64,000 bases of DNA from Chrysomallon squamiferum (Eukaryota > Animalia > Mollusca): contig CM022665.1 in assembly GCA_012295275.1 (NCBI GenBank), positions 33,728,001 through 33,792,000 of the forward strand, written 5' to 3'. The translations under genes and the position numbers were made by a program. This document shows, one piece after another, positions 39,701 through 54,973 of this stretch (position 1 is the first letter of the stretch; every line of letters starts with the position of its first letter). The notes beneath the pieces are model-generated. The model did no database searches. It was not told where the DNA came from and saw only the letters and a program-made list of their open reading frames with translations.

Positions 39701-42700
39701 GATGTGTAAAACAAGATGTCATTAAGAAAAAAACGTCAGTGTCAAAGCTAATTGTTTCACTCTTGAGGAAACTGTAAACACAAGATTGATGATTTTCTGT
39801 TGTTTTTACATGAAACACAACTCAAGTCAAGTCCTGTTTCAAACACTGACAGCAGAGTTGCAGATTTATGTTCAGAAAAATAAAAATGTGGTCTGAATGA
39901 AAACTGAATGTAGAAATTCTGATAAATTTTTGTTTAATGTGTGGGTTTAATTTTCTATCTAAGCTGTATAGTGTAATGTTTGTTTTTATTTAATGACAAA
40001 AACTAAATTAAATGTTGATAAAATTTCAGTCTCACATGAATTTTTTTTATTTCTGTGACATACTGTCCTCGGGGAAAATAATTTCTGTAGTAGCATCTTC
40101 AAATAGTCATAAAAATGGCAAAATATATGATGAATATCATTATGGAGAACTGACTAGAAGACAAAATGCTCCAGTAAGCACACTAAGAAGGAATGATCCC
40201 ACAACCTATCATGTCTTACATTGGAACTGAACTACTAGACCACAGTGCACTCAGCAGAATAAATTTAGAAATTTGAATCCAATAAGTATATGATATGTGT
40301 GATGGATAAAAAACAAATAATAATAATATTAATAATCCTATATCTGTATCTATCTTTTATATATATATATGTGGATATAAAACATAATATACACCAGATT
40401 AAAAATAACAAAAAACAACTCATATATATTCATATTATCACTTTTCTAAAAAATTATCATTGTAAAATAACAATTTAAATCAACAATAAAAAATGCAAAA
40501 TCATTAAGAGTGTGTAATATTTGTTTTATTAATTTATAGAAATAAACAGATTTAAAAAAAAAAAAATTAAAGTTTACAGATTTATGTTATTTAAAGTAAG
40601 ATAAATTAATTTTGTTGGTGTTATTTATTTACTTTTTTTGTTTTAGTTATTTATTCATTTATTTTATTATTATTATTATATTTTTTTTTTCACTGTTTAA
40701 AGAAACTAATTAAATTACAAATAAATTCTAAAAGAAAAATTCTTTTTTCAAAAGGTCAGAAATATAAATAATAATAATAACAATATCAATAATAACAATA
40801 ATAATAACAATAATAATAATAAAGAAAAACGATGATGTGATACTAGATTTTTATCATGTGACACAATGGAATAATTACAAATTTCCATGGAGAATTATAG
40901 ACATGGTATACAATACATTCTAAATCTGTAAAACTTGGTGTATTGACAATAGTGATATAATAGAAAGGATGAAATAACTTGTCAGTCTATAGCAACCTAT
41001 ATTATTATAAATTATATCAATCCAGCTAAATTTATGGTAATAGTATTTTCATAAACACTTTCAAAACTGTTAAGCATTACCTGTTGAATATCTTCTTTTT
41101 TATTTTTTATTTTATTTATTTATTATTATTATTTATATATATGTGTGTGTGTGTATACATTATATATATATAATGTATACACACACACAAAACCAGATCA
41201 GTGGTTATTATTACTTTTTATGCATACATCTGACATTTTCAGCATATCAAATATTGATGATTGATACCTATTATTGTTATAGAAAAAGCAACCATTCTAT
41301 TACAACTATTTGAGATCTTGAAATGAGGTTTAGATATTTTTTTCAGAAATAAAAATGGAAGAAGAAAACATCAATTTTCATTTTATAGACAAAAATTTTA
41401 ATGTCTTCTCACTGATTTTGGTGCCCTTGATTGTTGTTAATTTAGCCGATCACAGGCTTATATTTTCAATGCCACCTGACCTGCCATTTTTTTCAGTATT
41501 TTTATAATTAAGAAACTGAAATACAAAACATTGTATGAGGTGGGTGATTAATTTACCTTTTAAATAAATACTCTTTGTCCAGACTCTTTTCAGTATTTAA
41601 TAAATTATTGAAATTCATTGATGTGATACTTCATTTTTACATTATTCATCTCTTTCTGACAATAGTACATTTCTAGATTTTTATTAATAAAACCAATTTA
41701 AAAAAAAAAAAATTAATTCCCAATAAAGGACTCGTATTAAACTTGTCATCTTAAATCATTTTTATTTTTATTGAATAAATTTGACATCAAGTTTCCTTCC
41801 ATGGCTTTGTGTTATACTTTTTTATATTTTTAAATGAAAAAGAAATTAAAATGACTGAGTAATTTTGGTTTAGTTGTCATGTCATGCCATGCAAAGCAGA
41901 CAGAGAATGTTGTATGGTATCATAATGACACATGGCTCTTCTATTTCTTGCTGTGATATGTTATATGGTGTGAGAGTTCCTAGAATCAATCCTCCTAATT
42001 CTCACATCAGGCTATTTGCCATCCCACCTTTTTTTTCTTTATGTCACTTCATTCACATTAGCCCACAGTTGATTTATCAAATACTGCTCATAAATACAGA
42101 GAAAAAACCCTGATTGTTAGTGATATACAATTAATCATTTTCTCTCCCAATAAATTATCATTATAAACTTATACATACATATATAAATGTAAACACATAC
42201 ACACTTGTATACATATACAATATATCTGACATCAAGTAGCCAATAATGATAAAATATATAAATATTATTCATTTATTTATTTACAGTTTTGCTACTTTAA
42301 GTAATATTAAAAAATGTATTTAAATAAAAAAAAATTTCTTCCAGTGTTCAGAAGATGGTTGCAGTGAACCGGGAAGATCGGAAAAAGGTTGAAAGTTCTC
42401 TAGAAGCTGCAGGATTTCAGACAGGAAAAGTAAGTTAAACACTAAATTAACTGCTGTTCTAGTTTTTGCTTCAAAATTTTAATTTTCTAAATTAATAAAG
42501 ACTATTATAAATTATTCTTCCAAAAATAAAGTGGCCTATGGTAAATTAACTGGCATTTTAAAAAATATTGTTCATCAGTATTACACTTTACCAATTGATA
42601 ATGATTGATAAAAACTAGAAACTGATTTGTTATGAATTATGTTTCTTTATAATAAAATAAATAATGATTTAACTAGAAGACTGATTTAGTTATTCTTAAT

Positions 42701-45700
42701 TTCCTTTAAAATTATGGTTAGCAAATGGATAGGATAAAGCTTTTAAAAAATTGGATTAATACTAATTGTTTCTTGTATCAAAGTTTTTAATCACTGTGTA
42801 AATTATTGCTTGTCTGTTTCATATATTTCTGATAACTTCAGAGCATTTCCATTTTTTATTATTATTATTTATTCATTTATGCATTATTTTATCCATTTAT
42901 TTTCATTTATTTATTTATGTTTTTAATTCATTCATTCAGCATTCATTCTTACCGAGTCAACAAAACAGGGATAAACTGGTCATCCATATGTTAATAAAAT
43001 TCAGCATCAGCTGAATCATTTTGTTATATGTTTGAATATATAACAAAATTCTTGTTTTCAGCTCTTAAATTTATTTTTAAACATCAAGACAATTTTTGGT
43101 GAAGAAATCGGTCTCCATTTTGAAGACACTGCTGTATGTTTTTTTATTTCATTTTCAGAATGAATATTATAGCTTTGAATCTGTCTAAAACATTTCAGTG
43201 TATCACGATTAATTTGATGACAACATTAAATATGTCTTTTAGGTCCTTGGAAGCTGAATATTTCCACTGAATTTCTTTATTGGCTTCAGCATGAAACTTT
43301 AAACATGGATTTCTTTTTCCTCAATTGCTTTTACATTCCATGTATAAAAGAAATTAAAGCCAAGATGTTAAGTTTATTATCTTGTTAATCAGTAAACTAT
43401 TTTTTTTCTGTTTTGTTTTAATCTTATCATGTGTCAGTGGTTTTACTTTATAAAGAACTTGCTTGTAAATAAAGAGATCTTGTACAATGCAGCTACTGGT
43501 AGCAACAGCAAACCGCAAAGCTGGTGGCTATGAAATAACTAGCTGGAATGGCACCACACAAGACCCTAGGCCAGACAAGAACTTGGTGTATTTTTTGGGG
43601 GAGATTAGTGACAAACAGTGGCATGAGACTATCCATGCAACACAATGTTAATATCATACTAAATAGCACTTAATTATACTAAACATGCATGAACAAGCAA
43701 TTATCTGATCATTACTGAAGACAACAGATGCTATTGTCTGAAGAATTACATGCACAACTACAGTTCATGGCTGGAGCACAAAGGAATTTAATGTAGATAC
43801 AACCATTATATGTTTAAATGCTTAAACACACACTGCATAATTTAAAGTTTGTTAGACATTATATCTTTCAGTTTTTATTAGTGTGTTTCACTGTTTTTAG
43901 ATATACTAGATGTGTTTCAGTGCTTGTACATAAAACGTTTTATGTGTTAGTGTTGGTATACATTATATATATGTTTCAGTATACGTAAATATACTGTATC
44001 CATTTCACTGGTTGCACATAAATTGTTTTTGTTTCAATGTTGGTACATATATTGTACTTGTGTTTTAGTATTTCTAAACAAACTGTCCATATCACTGCTT
44101 GTACATACACTGTTAATGTATTTCAATATTGATACATAGACTGCATATATGCTTAATTGGTGTGTTTTCACTGTTTAGTTTATTAATTAATTAATTTATT
44201 TATGTATTTATTCATTCACATCAGTATGCAACACTGAATCAATAAATTCAGTTTGTTTTTGTTTCTACCTGGCTGTGTGTGTTAATATTCACATCACATA
44301 TTTTGTCTGTTATTTTGTTACCTATAATGATGAAATATTCACATCACATATTTTGTCTGTTATTTTGTTACCTATGATGATGACAGAGAGAATTCTTGGC
44401 AAAACTGACATTTTTAACTTGCTTCTGTGAGGGTCATTAACAATGTGAAATACTCTCATCTTCCCAGTATTGTTTTTGGCACCAGAGTTTGAACATTATT
44501 GATCACAGAAATATTTGTCTGCCCACAATCTACTGGCTTATTGGATATTACACACGTGTATATTTAGCAAAGAAAACATTAAAAAATATGTTTTAACCTT
44601 GCCAATAATTGTTAACATACTGCTTTTTTATTATTTTTATTTTTTATTTTTTAATTAGTTTATTTATTTTTATTTTTTATTTTCTTGTACAAATTCAGCA
44701 AAGAAAACATTAAAACAAAAAGTTTTAACGTTAACAGATGTCACTGTATTAATAATAACAGTTACGGTTCATTTGGATTTTTGCTGTTATGTTCTAGTTC
44801 TCACAAGTGTGCTTAGTGTTTGTTCTTTTTCACTCATTTGTATGCTTGTACAAATTCATCAAGGAAAACATTAAAAATGTGTTATAACATTGCAACATGT
44901 TCTTTTACTGATAGTAACAATTATGTTTCCTTTGGAGTTTTGTTGCTGTATTTGTATCAATATAGGTTAAACTTGTTTATTGTTCTGTTATCCAGCTTTT
45001 ACATAATTTAACACTTTTTAAAATGTTTCTATTTGATTAACAGAGAAAGTTATGGTCCCATTTATGATATTTTATTTTCATAAGAAGATGAGCTGTGGCT
45101 TAGTGGTCAGATCTTTTATCTAAAGTGTAATACGCTATAGGATTTGTTGTATATTGGTGCATTTGTTGGATATTTCCTATTCCAGCCAGTGCTTCATCAC
45201 TGATTTATGAAGTGTCATAGGTTGTTCTTTCCTGTTAGTGGGAATGTGGATATAAAATTATAAAATATCCCTTGTTGCTTTTCATTATGAACAGTTTTCT
45301 TGAGTGATTTCTCCTATCATATTATAAGACTAATATCAAATACAGTGCTAATTAAACTAGTTCAGCTTCAGTCACCCTGTAGCTATTCACCAATTTAAGA
45401 AACACTATGGTTAACATTAAATTTTGTTGTTAAACATTCATTTTGTCATTTATTTATCACCAGTACAAGTTAGACACATCTGATGTTCTGTCCATCAGAA
45501 GGTGTTTTTTAATTTTTTTATTTGTTTTCATTTACTTAAACAAAAAACCTAAAGCACTAATTCATACACATACTAAAAAGTGTCATAAATATTAATAATT
45601 TATGATGTATACTACATTTAACTTAGTCGTTTCAGGTACAGTGTTTCTGACAATCATCTGTTCAGTTTTCAGTATTCTGAACCATTAATAACATTCATTT

Positions 45701-47783
45701 GTTCATAAGTGTGCTTTAGTCAGCCTATAAAGCTGTAAAATATCAGTTGTCGGGATCACACGTTTTTACTTGTTAAGAAGCAGAATGCAAATAAACATAC
45801 GTGTTAATTAGTTTACATAAATGGCTGGATAGAATTTGTCAGTACTTACTTTGGCATTAGGATCATATTTTACATGTATTTATTCAGTGCATTTTTACAT
45901 CTTTTGTTAAGTATAAACTTGTAAAAGTCTGGTTTGTGAAGTCTTATCCTGCAGTATGGGCAACTTCTGTATGAAGATTTTGTTCTTGGCCGAGCCTGTA
46001 AAATATTTTTAAATGGTGAGATATAAAAGTGATATAATGGTTTTTCCATTGCAAGCATCATTTGTTTCTTACACAGACAAGATGCACACAGTTTGTGAAA
46101 CTGCTTTCAACAACTCATGAATATTGAGTTAGATTGTTTTTTTATATTTATTTTCACATAATCTTACAGACTGTTTCTTTCAACCTTGACTAGTGCCCAT
46201 CAGGCATACACTTTCTGTAGCTGGGCTGCACTTATCCACTGTTGGCCATTGAAGATGTCTTTGAAAATGGTCATTACATTTCTGTTTGAAGCATCAGTGA
46301 GTTCTGAGCCTGTTAATTAGCAATCTTGACAGGAATGTTCTAGCACTGAGGAATCAACTTTGAACCCAACCTATTATTATTATTATTTTTGTTGTTGTCG
46401 TTGTTGTTATAATCAGATGGTTAATTCAGTATTGGTTTTATCCACATCCTTGTAAGAGTAGGCATAGTTGAATGATTATAAAGTTTTGCTGTTATTTGCT
46501 GTACATTAATTAATGTATCTGATTTATTCATGTTTTATGAAGTTATCATACAAAAGGAAATTTATATAATATTACAGTCATGATAGTAAAATGGTAGTAT
46601 ACATTTTTAGTTTACTTTTATGCCATTCCATATTTCTGATGCAGAAAAAAAAGAAGAAAAATGTTATAATTATTACACCTCTGTTAATTTGTTTGAACCC
46701 AAACAATTATTACAATATAAAAACAGAAGATTAATTAATTCTATATCCCTGAAATTAGAACAGTTTTAACCTTCTAAAAATATTGTCTCATATTTCAATG
46801 TTAATGGATTTTGTTTTACTGATATCTTCATGTAATCCAGTCTGGTGGAAAGAGTAAACATGGAGAGGATGTCTTGGTGTTGACTTAGCATCAGACACAT
46901 CTTAGGTTTATTTTCAGAACTGGTCAACAGCAATGCAAAACAGAAACTGGTGTCAGTTTGGAAATATATTTGAGGAATCCTTCATTTAATTGATAATTTG
47001 TGAGTTAAATGAATATGTATGAAAGAAGGTTCATAGTATCATACTATAGACATTTTGATGTTGATGTTTGGATGAATTCACAGACTGAGTGCCTGTTGGT
47101 GTGACCATTACACCAATGTCCTGTTTCCAGCTGTTCTTGTCACATACTTAATCATTCTGCTTGATCTAACAACACAGACTGTACTATAGAAACTGACATC
47201 ATTACTCAAACCTGTTCACTGTTTAAACAAAAACAAACAAAAAATGTTTAATCAGAATGAACATTAACTCGATAAATAAATAATGAATTACCATGCACTG
47301 CTTTTTGGATGGCATTGCAGTTTTAGTTAGTTATGTAAGGTTAAATACAGTTTACAAAAATGGACCCCCCTCAAGAAAAAACAAAACAGGTTAAGAAAAG
47401 GCACCGATATGTTAAAACAGCCAGTATAGCTGTTGTATATGTGATATAAGTATATCTACATACTACATGATGACTTATTTTGCCAATACACTGTTTAAGT
47501 AGGTCAGACATTGGAGGAGATAATGAAAATTTGTTTACTTTGATACTTTATTAATTGACTTCATGCTGAGATGTGGAAATTACCTACAGCAGAGCATATA
47601 ATTACTTAGAGGATCATCCTATATAGAATTATAGCTACAATGTGCAGTATCATGAGTGAAATGATTTTCACTTTAAAAAAATAAAATAAAAAACAAAAAA
47701 TCATCAGTAATCAGTCATCACAAAATATCATGGATGCATGTGTATCAGCATCTGCATGTGCTATTCTACATAATATAATCATA

Positions 47784-47829
<46 letters not shown>

Positions 47830-50800
47830 ATTCAAAGATAATGACAGATAAGAAAAATGGGTTATTGAACACTTATTGAAATATAAATAACTTCAATTTT
47901 CCAAAGGTAAAATAAAGAGGATTTGTTAATACAGAATTCATATAAAGAATTATCTGTTCATTATTATTATTAGCAGCTTCCTTGGAATTTGTACTGTTTG
48001 GATTAAACAGCTATATCTGAAATAGAGGTTATAATAAATATAGTGGTTGGAGAAGAAGAGAAAACTGGTTGAAGAAGAAGAGAAACACATTGGTTGAAGA
48101 AGAAGAGAAAACTGGTTGAAGAAGAAGAGAAAACTCATTGGTTGAAGAAGAAGAGAAAACTGGTTGAAGAAGAAGAGAAAACTCATTGGTTGAAGAAGAA
48201 GAGAAACTCATTGGTTGAAGAAGAAGAGAAAACATTGGCTGAAGAAGAAGAGAAAACATATTGGTTGAAGAAGAAGAGAAAACTGGTTGAAGAAGAAGAG
48301 AAAACTCATTGGTTGAAGAAGAAGAGAAAACTCATTGGTTGAAGAAGAAGAGAAAGCATTGGCTGAAGAAGAAGAGAAAACATATTGGTTGAAGAAGAAG
48401 AGAAAACATTGGTTGAAGAAGAAGAGAAAACTCATTGGTTGAAGAAGAAGAGAAAACTCATTGGTTGAAGAAGAAGAGAAACTCATTGGCTGAAGAAGAA
48501 GAGAAAACATTGGTTGAAGAAGAAGAGAAAACATATTGGTTGAAGAAGAAGAGAAAACTCATTGGTTGAAGAAGAAGAGAAAACTCATTGGTTGAAGAAG
48601 AAGAGAAAACGTTGGCTGAAGAAAAAGAGAAAACATAATGGTTGAAGAAGAAGAGATAATAAACACATGGATTGAACAAGCCTCTGTTTTCATAAATGTC
48701 ACTGACTTCTCACATGTTAATGCAAAAGGAAATTGATTATTTAATTTATTTTTATTTTTTCAACAGATATCTGTCTCCATTATTGCAAATTATTGACTGA
48801 CATTCACAATAAGATCAATTGTTACTGCAGACTTTGAATAATTTCTATCTAATCCTTTTGTACTTAAATTCAAGCAGATAGCAATAATTGGAAAAAGTGG
48901 TTTATATGTGCTTGTCAATGTTTAATATATAAAAAAAAGATATATATATGATGTCCAAGAATTGTAATAGTTTTCTGATGATCTGTTTTGTTGTTGTTAG
49001 GTTTTTAGTTGTGGATTTCTGAAAGGTTAAAGCTAATGTTCTAATGTTTTATTTCCCTTTCTAATTGTGTTTTTACTCAGATAAAAGCATTTACATACAC
49101 ACTTCACCATGATCTTTATCATCACTATCATCCATTATACACAAATATATTAAAAACATATAATACAATAATATTCTTGTTTTCCTTTAAGTAGCTTGTG
49201 TAACTTAAAACGATATTTCCAAAAATAGAGTCAAAAATAAATTTTAAAACATTAGTATTTTACATTCCATCTCATACAAAACCTGTTTAAACAGATATTT
49301 TATAAACATTATCAAAGCTTTCAGACATAAATCAATAAATTAGTATTTTGCTAAATGTTATTATCTCCACTTTAATAATAATAAAAAATACAATAATATT
49401 TGGAAGCAAAGTTAAAGGGCAGACATAAATAATTAATTTTATGATGCAGACTTATTTCCACTTTCAGTGGCTAAATGAGCTTCAGTTTAATTTTTACGTC
49501 TCTGAAAACAAGACATAAAAAGAGCTTTACAGAATAAAGATAAAATTTTAACAGTATTCTTCAAAGTAAGAAAAAACTGCAAAGCCAAATAAAATGGATA
49601 ATGGTTTTAGTCCATGCAAAGTTTGACTGTAAATTCCTGTTAGCTATACAAAAGAAAACAAAAAACAAATCTAAATACATAGTGCATATTTCTCAGTTCA
49701 TCAGTGGCTATTATTTAAAGTTAAATTATAAATACATTTTATTAGATTTATATATGGCTCAGTAGATGATATATTTGTGTGCTAAGCTCTGGAAACATTT
49801 ATGTATTAATTATAAATAGGTAATATAATACATGTTAGAGATACCTCACTTTATCACTAGTTTTAATTGTAAAATTAATGTAGTTCCATTTTTGTTCCAA
49901 AAGGTTTTTAAAGATGATGATTAAATGCACATAGCTTTGCATCTTTAGCCATATAGAATGTTGAGATTCTTTTATCAGAAATTATGAGCCTTAGGCTTAA
50001 AATACTTCTTGACTTCATAATTTGGTAAATGACCTTCAAATGTCCTTTTCTTGTAGACTAACTAAATGTCCTTGAATGAACCTTGTTTTCTTGTTAATAC
50101 ATATATTTAATGTCCTTGACATAAAATTCAAGGCAATATTCAGTTTGTCAGTTAGGTATTTCAAACACAGTGACTTTATATGAGAATAGATGATTGCATT
50201 ACAAATGATGAAATGATTATGTTTTATCTTGTTGATGAGATACAGTGCAAAAGTCAGTTTTTCTAAATCTGATCATCTTGAAATCTGCATATGTAGACAT
50301 AAATCATTGTGATTCTTGCATTGTTGTCCTCAGTCTTCTTAGTACAATGTCAGACTCGTAAAAGATTAAACAGTTGATTGAGATAAACAGACATGACTTT
50401 ATTTAATTTTGCCAGTAGTGAAACTTGTATGCTCTTCATTGATCACTATTGGAACCTGTTTGTAAAATAACTTTATTTTACCTTAATGTGTACTTTTATT
50501 ATCACTTATGTAAAATTTATTACATTGTAAGTGAAACTTCCAGAATATGTTTGATGTTAATGCAGATTTCTTCAACCACTACATTAATGGAAAAAAATGG
50601 TACTGTGTAGATTTGGAAAAAATGGCACCCTCTTTATTTTTTTCAGTATAGTTGCTTTGTTAAAAAAATGTAAAAGTATTTTTGAAAATACTGTTTATTC
50701 ATACAATATTGTTACATATATAGCATCACTCAGCTACTTGGTTTTGTTTACAAAGTTCAATATTATATCAGAGTTTAATATTATACATATACACATACAT

Positions 50801-53800
50801 ATACACACACATATATATACACAGATTCATACATATGTATATATATAGATGCACTAGAACGTTCTTGCCTACAGACACGTTCATAGAGATGTATCTAATT
50901 TAAATATGCATACCACAGTTAAAATATCCTCCAGAATGATTTCATTTTTACATTAGGTACATCTGTATGAATGTGTCTATATGTATGAATGTACTCATTC
51001 ATCTGTGCATGTGTGAAAGATACGTGTGTGTGTGTGTGTGTGTTTATAGGGGACATACTTATCCTTTTACTGGAATTGACCTTTGAATAGTGACCATTAT
51101 GCTACTGTATAGAGACCATTAACATTATAGAACAGAAACCAAGCAGCCTTGAGTATAGGCCAAGTCTTTTACTCATAAGACCAGTTCTGGTTGCATTCCA
51201 TGTCAGGGTTTGACTGTAGAGAACACATCAGTGATTTACCATTATTAACTATAGATGAAGGAGAAAAATTTGCCTTGCCTCCATTAACACTCTTGTCTGA
51301 TCAAGACACTTGTCATTTTGTAAAAGCAGTAAATCATGAGAAAAGAAATTTTCTTTCATTTCCCAAAACATCCATTACTGGTGTGGAAGTTAGGCAGCCA
51401 AGTACATCAGTTTCCATTAGTGGTCAGATTATTTACATTGCTCCTGACACTTTGAAAGATTTAAATACAAGAAAGAAAGAAATGTTCAGTCCACCATCAC
51501 CTCATTAATCTCTGTTAGTTGTAAGAAGGTAATGTCACAACCATATGGCATTGATGGTGTTAGTTATGTAAGAACTATCAGAGAGAGATTCTGTATTTGC
51601 CCTATGGGTGTTCAGTTACAAAAAGGTAATATAGAACCTACATGGTACAGACATACATGTTTAGAAAAATTAATCTCTTAACTATAGATTTTTAAATTCT
51701 CATTTTTTCAATCTCTTTTAAAGTAATATTAGTAGTTATAAAGCATGGATTTCCCATTTTGTCATTTTCTATAACTAGAAGGAATAGATTTATCATTTAT
51801 CAGTTATTGTTGAAAACTAAATGGAAAAATGTTTTTTACTTTATCTTATTGGATAATTTGATGTTAGTTACACAAAAATTAGCAGGTTTTGACACATACA
51901 TATTAATTATTAGGATTACTTAAAGCAGATCAAATTTCCATATACCTGTATAGCTTTGATATTACTTTGTATGGTGTGAGTTACCATGTTTCACATTTCA
52001 TATGATTTAAGAATTTCATATATTTAACAAAAATAATTAACTAAATTTAATTGATCAATATAAATAATAATAATTTCAGCAAAAACAATAGTTTATTTTT
52101 CTCTTTTATTATTTTTATTTATTTTATTTTGATAAATTTATTCATTCATTCATTCATTAATATAAGTACATTCTCAAAATGTTCCTGTTTTCAAAAACTG
52201 ATCTAAATATGTATTGTTAAATACAATAACCACTATAGATGTAATGAAAGACAATAGAAATTTAAACTCGTTAAAGTTTGTAAATGTAGTGTTTCTGTGT
52301 TAAAGTGTACACTTACAAAAATGTTAAGTGCATGATCTTGTGGTTTGTTTGTATCCTTAGTCATCTTACATTAACAACTCCAATTACACTAAGAAATGAT
52401 ACATTAAATGTGAGTCTTTGATTAGATGAATTGAGACAATAAATCTTAGCATGCTAGTGTAGAGAATAGATTAGATTCCAGTATTTTTCTTTTTTACAGT
52501 TTACTGGAGATAAATATTTTATGTATTTTTGTTTTTTCAATTTTTTTAATCTAAAAAATACTGTCATTTTAATATTATTTTATTTTATTTTGTTATATTA
52601 TCTATCTATCTATCTGTCTGTCTATATCTGTGTATATATGTGAGTGTATATTTATGTATATATATATATATACATGTGTGTGTGTGTGTGTGTGTATCAA
52701 AAATGTGTTTTGTTTTTGGAATACTACTTTTGTGATGTCATAAATAAATAGTTTTTCTGTTATCAAAGAATGTATGTAGAAATTTATAATGACAATAGAC
52801 TGCTGCTACTTTAAACTTAATATTATTCTGTCCTATCATCCAAAACCATAAATAGAACATTTATAACTGACATTAAAAAAAACAAAATAAAAATACAGAT
52901 CATTTCTGGATCTGTGTTGTGGTTTATTAAAAACAGCAGGTCATTTTATTTATTTTATTCATAACAGATCATGTTTTGAATAAGTTGTAGTTCAGTGGTA
53001 GATCTCTTTGCCAAGACATAAAGGGGTTTCTCCTTAATATGTTGATTTGGCTATTTTATATTTTATAGTTCATCAGTGACCTTTCCTAACTATGGGAAGG
53101 TGCATATACAAAATAATTTGCCTCTAACAAATAAGAATTTGCTGGATTGGTGGCTTTAAATTTCATATCTCACATAGTTGTTTATGATAAAATACACATG
53201 ATTGATATATAGTGAGAAAGTTTAATATGAAATGAAATAAACACAACCAGTAGCCACTTGGCTTTCATGGCAGGAATTTTAATCCGAAGTGGGACTGGTA
53301 AACAGGCTTATTTGTGATTCTGGCATTCCTGAATCTGGCAGTGAGATTATAACACATCTTAATTGGACACACCAGTTGTTCCATTTCTGGCAGTTTATTT
53401 CTCACCCTTACTAACTGGTGTTCCGTCACCTTAATTGATGGAACATCACCTTAATTGATGTACTTTTCTTAAACAGTATTTTGTCCATAATTTGAAAGCA
53501 CATTCAGTCATACTTTACACAAGAAATGTCCCAGAAAACACTCCACCGCAAGCTGACAAGTAGGAAGCCGTGTCCTGGGTACACATGACGTACTGCAATC
53601 CCAGCTGTACAGCTTGTGCTTGTCTTCTGGTAGTATTTCCTGTCTCCAAATTTTACTGAGATATAACATTAATTTCATGTCTCCAAACATTAATTTTCTT
53701 GCAGTCTCTATTCCAGCTCACCTCTGCTCTTCACTGCTCATTAAGGTTAATCTTGTTAAACGCCCCATCTGTTCTTCACACATCTCCTTATCCCCATGCG

Positions 53801-54940
53801 TCTAAATTGACCTTAATTGCTCACCCAGTTTTCCCATTTCTGGAAGCAGATTAGAACACCTCACCACTTACCTAATCTGGGGACTGCCAGTTTTGGGAAC
53901 ATACCGGTAAACAATGTATTTTACATAGGGTGGCCATTTCCTTATTTCCAAAAAGAAAAATATTTCTAGAAAATAATTTTTAGCCTAAATTAAACATATT
54001 GAAATATAAAAAGTTGTATAAAATATACAAAATATGCTTTGAAGTGTGTATTTGTAACATCACTATTCTGTAGTTGGTGTATGTCAGTTGGCTACAAACT
54101 CCAATGCAGCCACTGAGATGCAGGGTAATAGCAAAAAGTACCTTTTTGTCACACACCTATGTAAGGAAAATTATATAAAAACAACAGACAAATCAACTTC
54201 CATCTTGAGGTGGTACAGTCTGCAAGACAGAATGCTTAAAAGCAGAATGTCTGGCCAGCCTAATTCTACACTGTATGCTCATATAGATATGATTTTAAAT
54301 TTGGAGGAATTGTGGCAGCCAGGAGTCACAAGGGGAGAAATGTGACCTGGGACACTGAGAATCATTTTCTAGATGTTGCATGAATTTTGATTAGCATTAA
54401 AATGTGTTTGTATGATGTTAAGCATTTATTCATTCAACCACTGATCTATCACTCTAACCATCTTTATTTATTCATTTATTTATAAGGATTATTTTTTGTT
54501 CTTACATATGCCACAGATTTACAGCCATTTTTAATCTTTTGTTTCACATTAAACACAAAAAGCAGTCTCTGCAATTTATTTCTAAATCAAACTTTTGTGA
54601 GATCCCTATCTCAGTATGTTAATGTTTTGTTTTTATAGTTCCTCTCATTCACCTGCAGGAAATCTAGCTCCTGAATTTTTGGTGACATTTCATTGACTTT
54701 CTCATAAACCTGAAGTCAAATACGTCCATTTCCTGCTGATCATGTCAGTTATTTCCCTTTTCAGATACTTCTTTTTAAGAGAAGACGCTAAAATGAATAT
54801 TGACCAGTCTTTTATGTTTGATTTGTTCTTTTGAATTTTGATCCTCATTTCTGATAAAAAAAAAAATTAATGTTATTTTTCACAAGTTATTGTTGAATGT
54901 TATTTTTATAGCAGATGTTTATTACTGTCTGTGTAATGTT

Positions 54941-54973
<33 letters not shown>

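Noticed and set aside
43159-43188. ttttcag|aatgaatatt resembles the start of exon 55419, suggesting a mutually exclusive exon
   Set aside because: Stops after NEYYSFESV and shows no further similarity
43767-43796. ATG GCT GGA GCA CAA (MAGAQ), like the vertebrate PLCB1 N-terminus
   Set aside because: Continues RNLM* with no donor and lies between internal exons; chance match
45089-45160. tRNA-like A-box heads here and at 52983 and 56425
   Set aside because: No intact cloverleaf or B-box; better explained as decayed SINE heads than as tRNA genes
47950-48679. Overlapping ORFs rich in K/E or S/F/L
   Set aside because: Translations of the GAAGAA minisatellite
51191-51508. 105-aa + strand ORF in a higher-complexity block
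   Set aside because: TTG start, no PLC or other family similarity, and the flanking PLC exons already join in frame; may be conserved non-coding DNA
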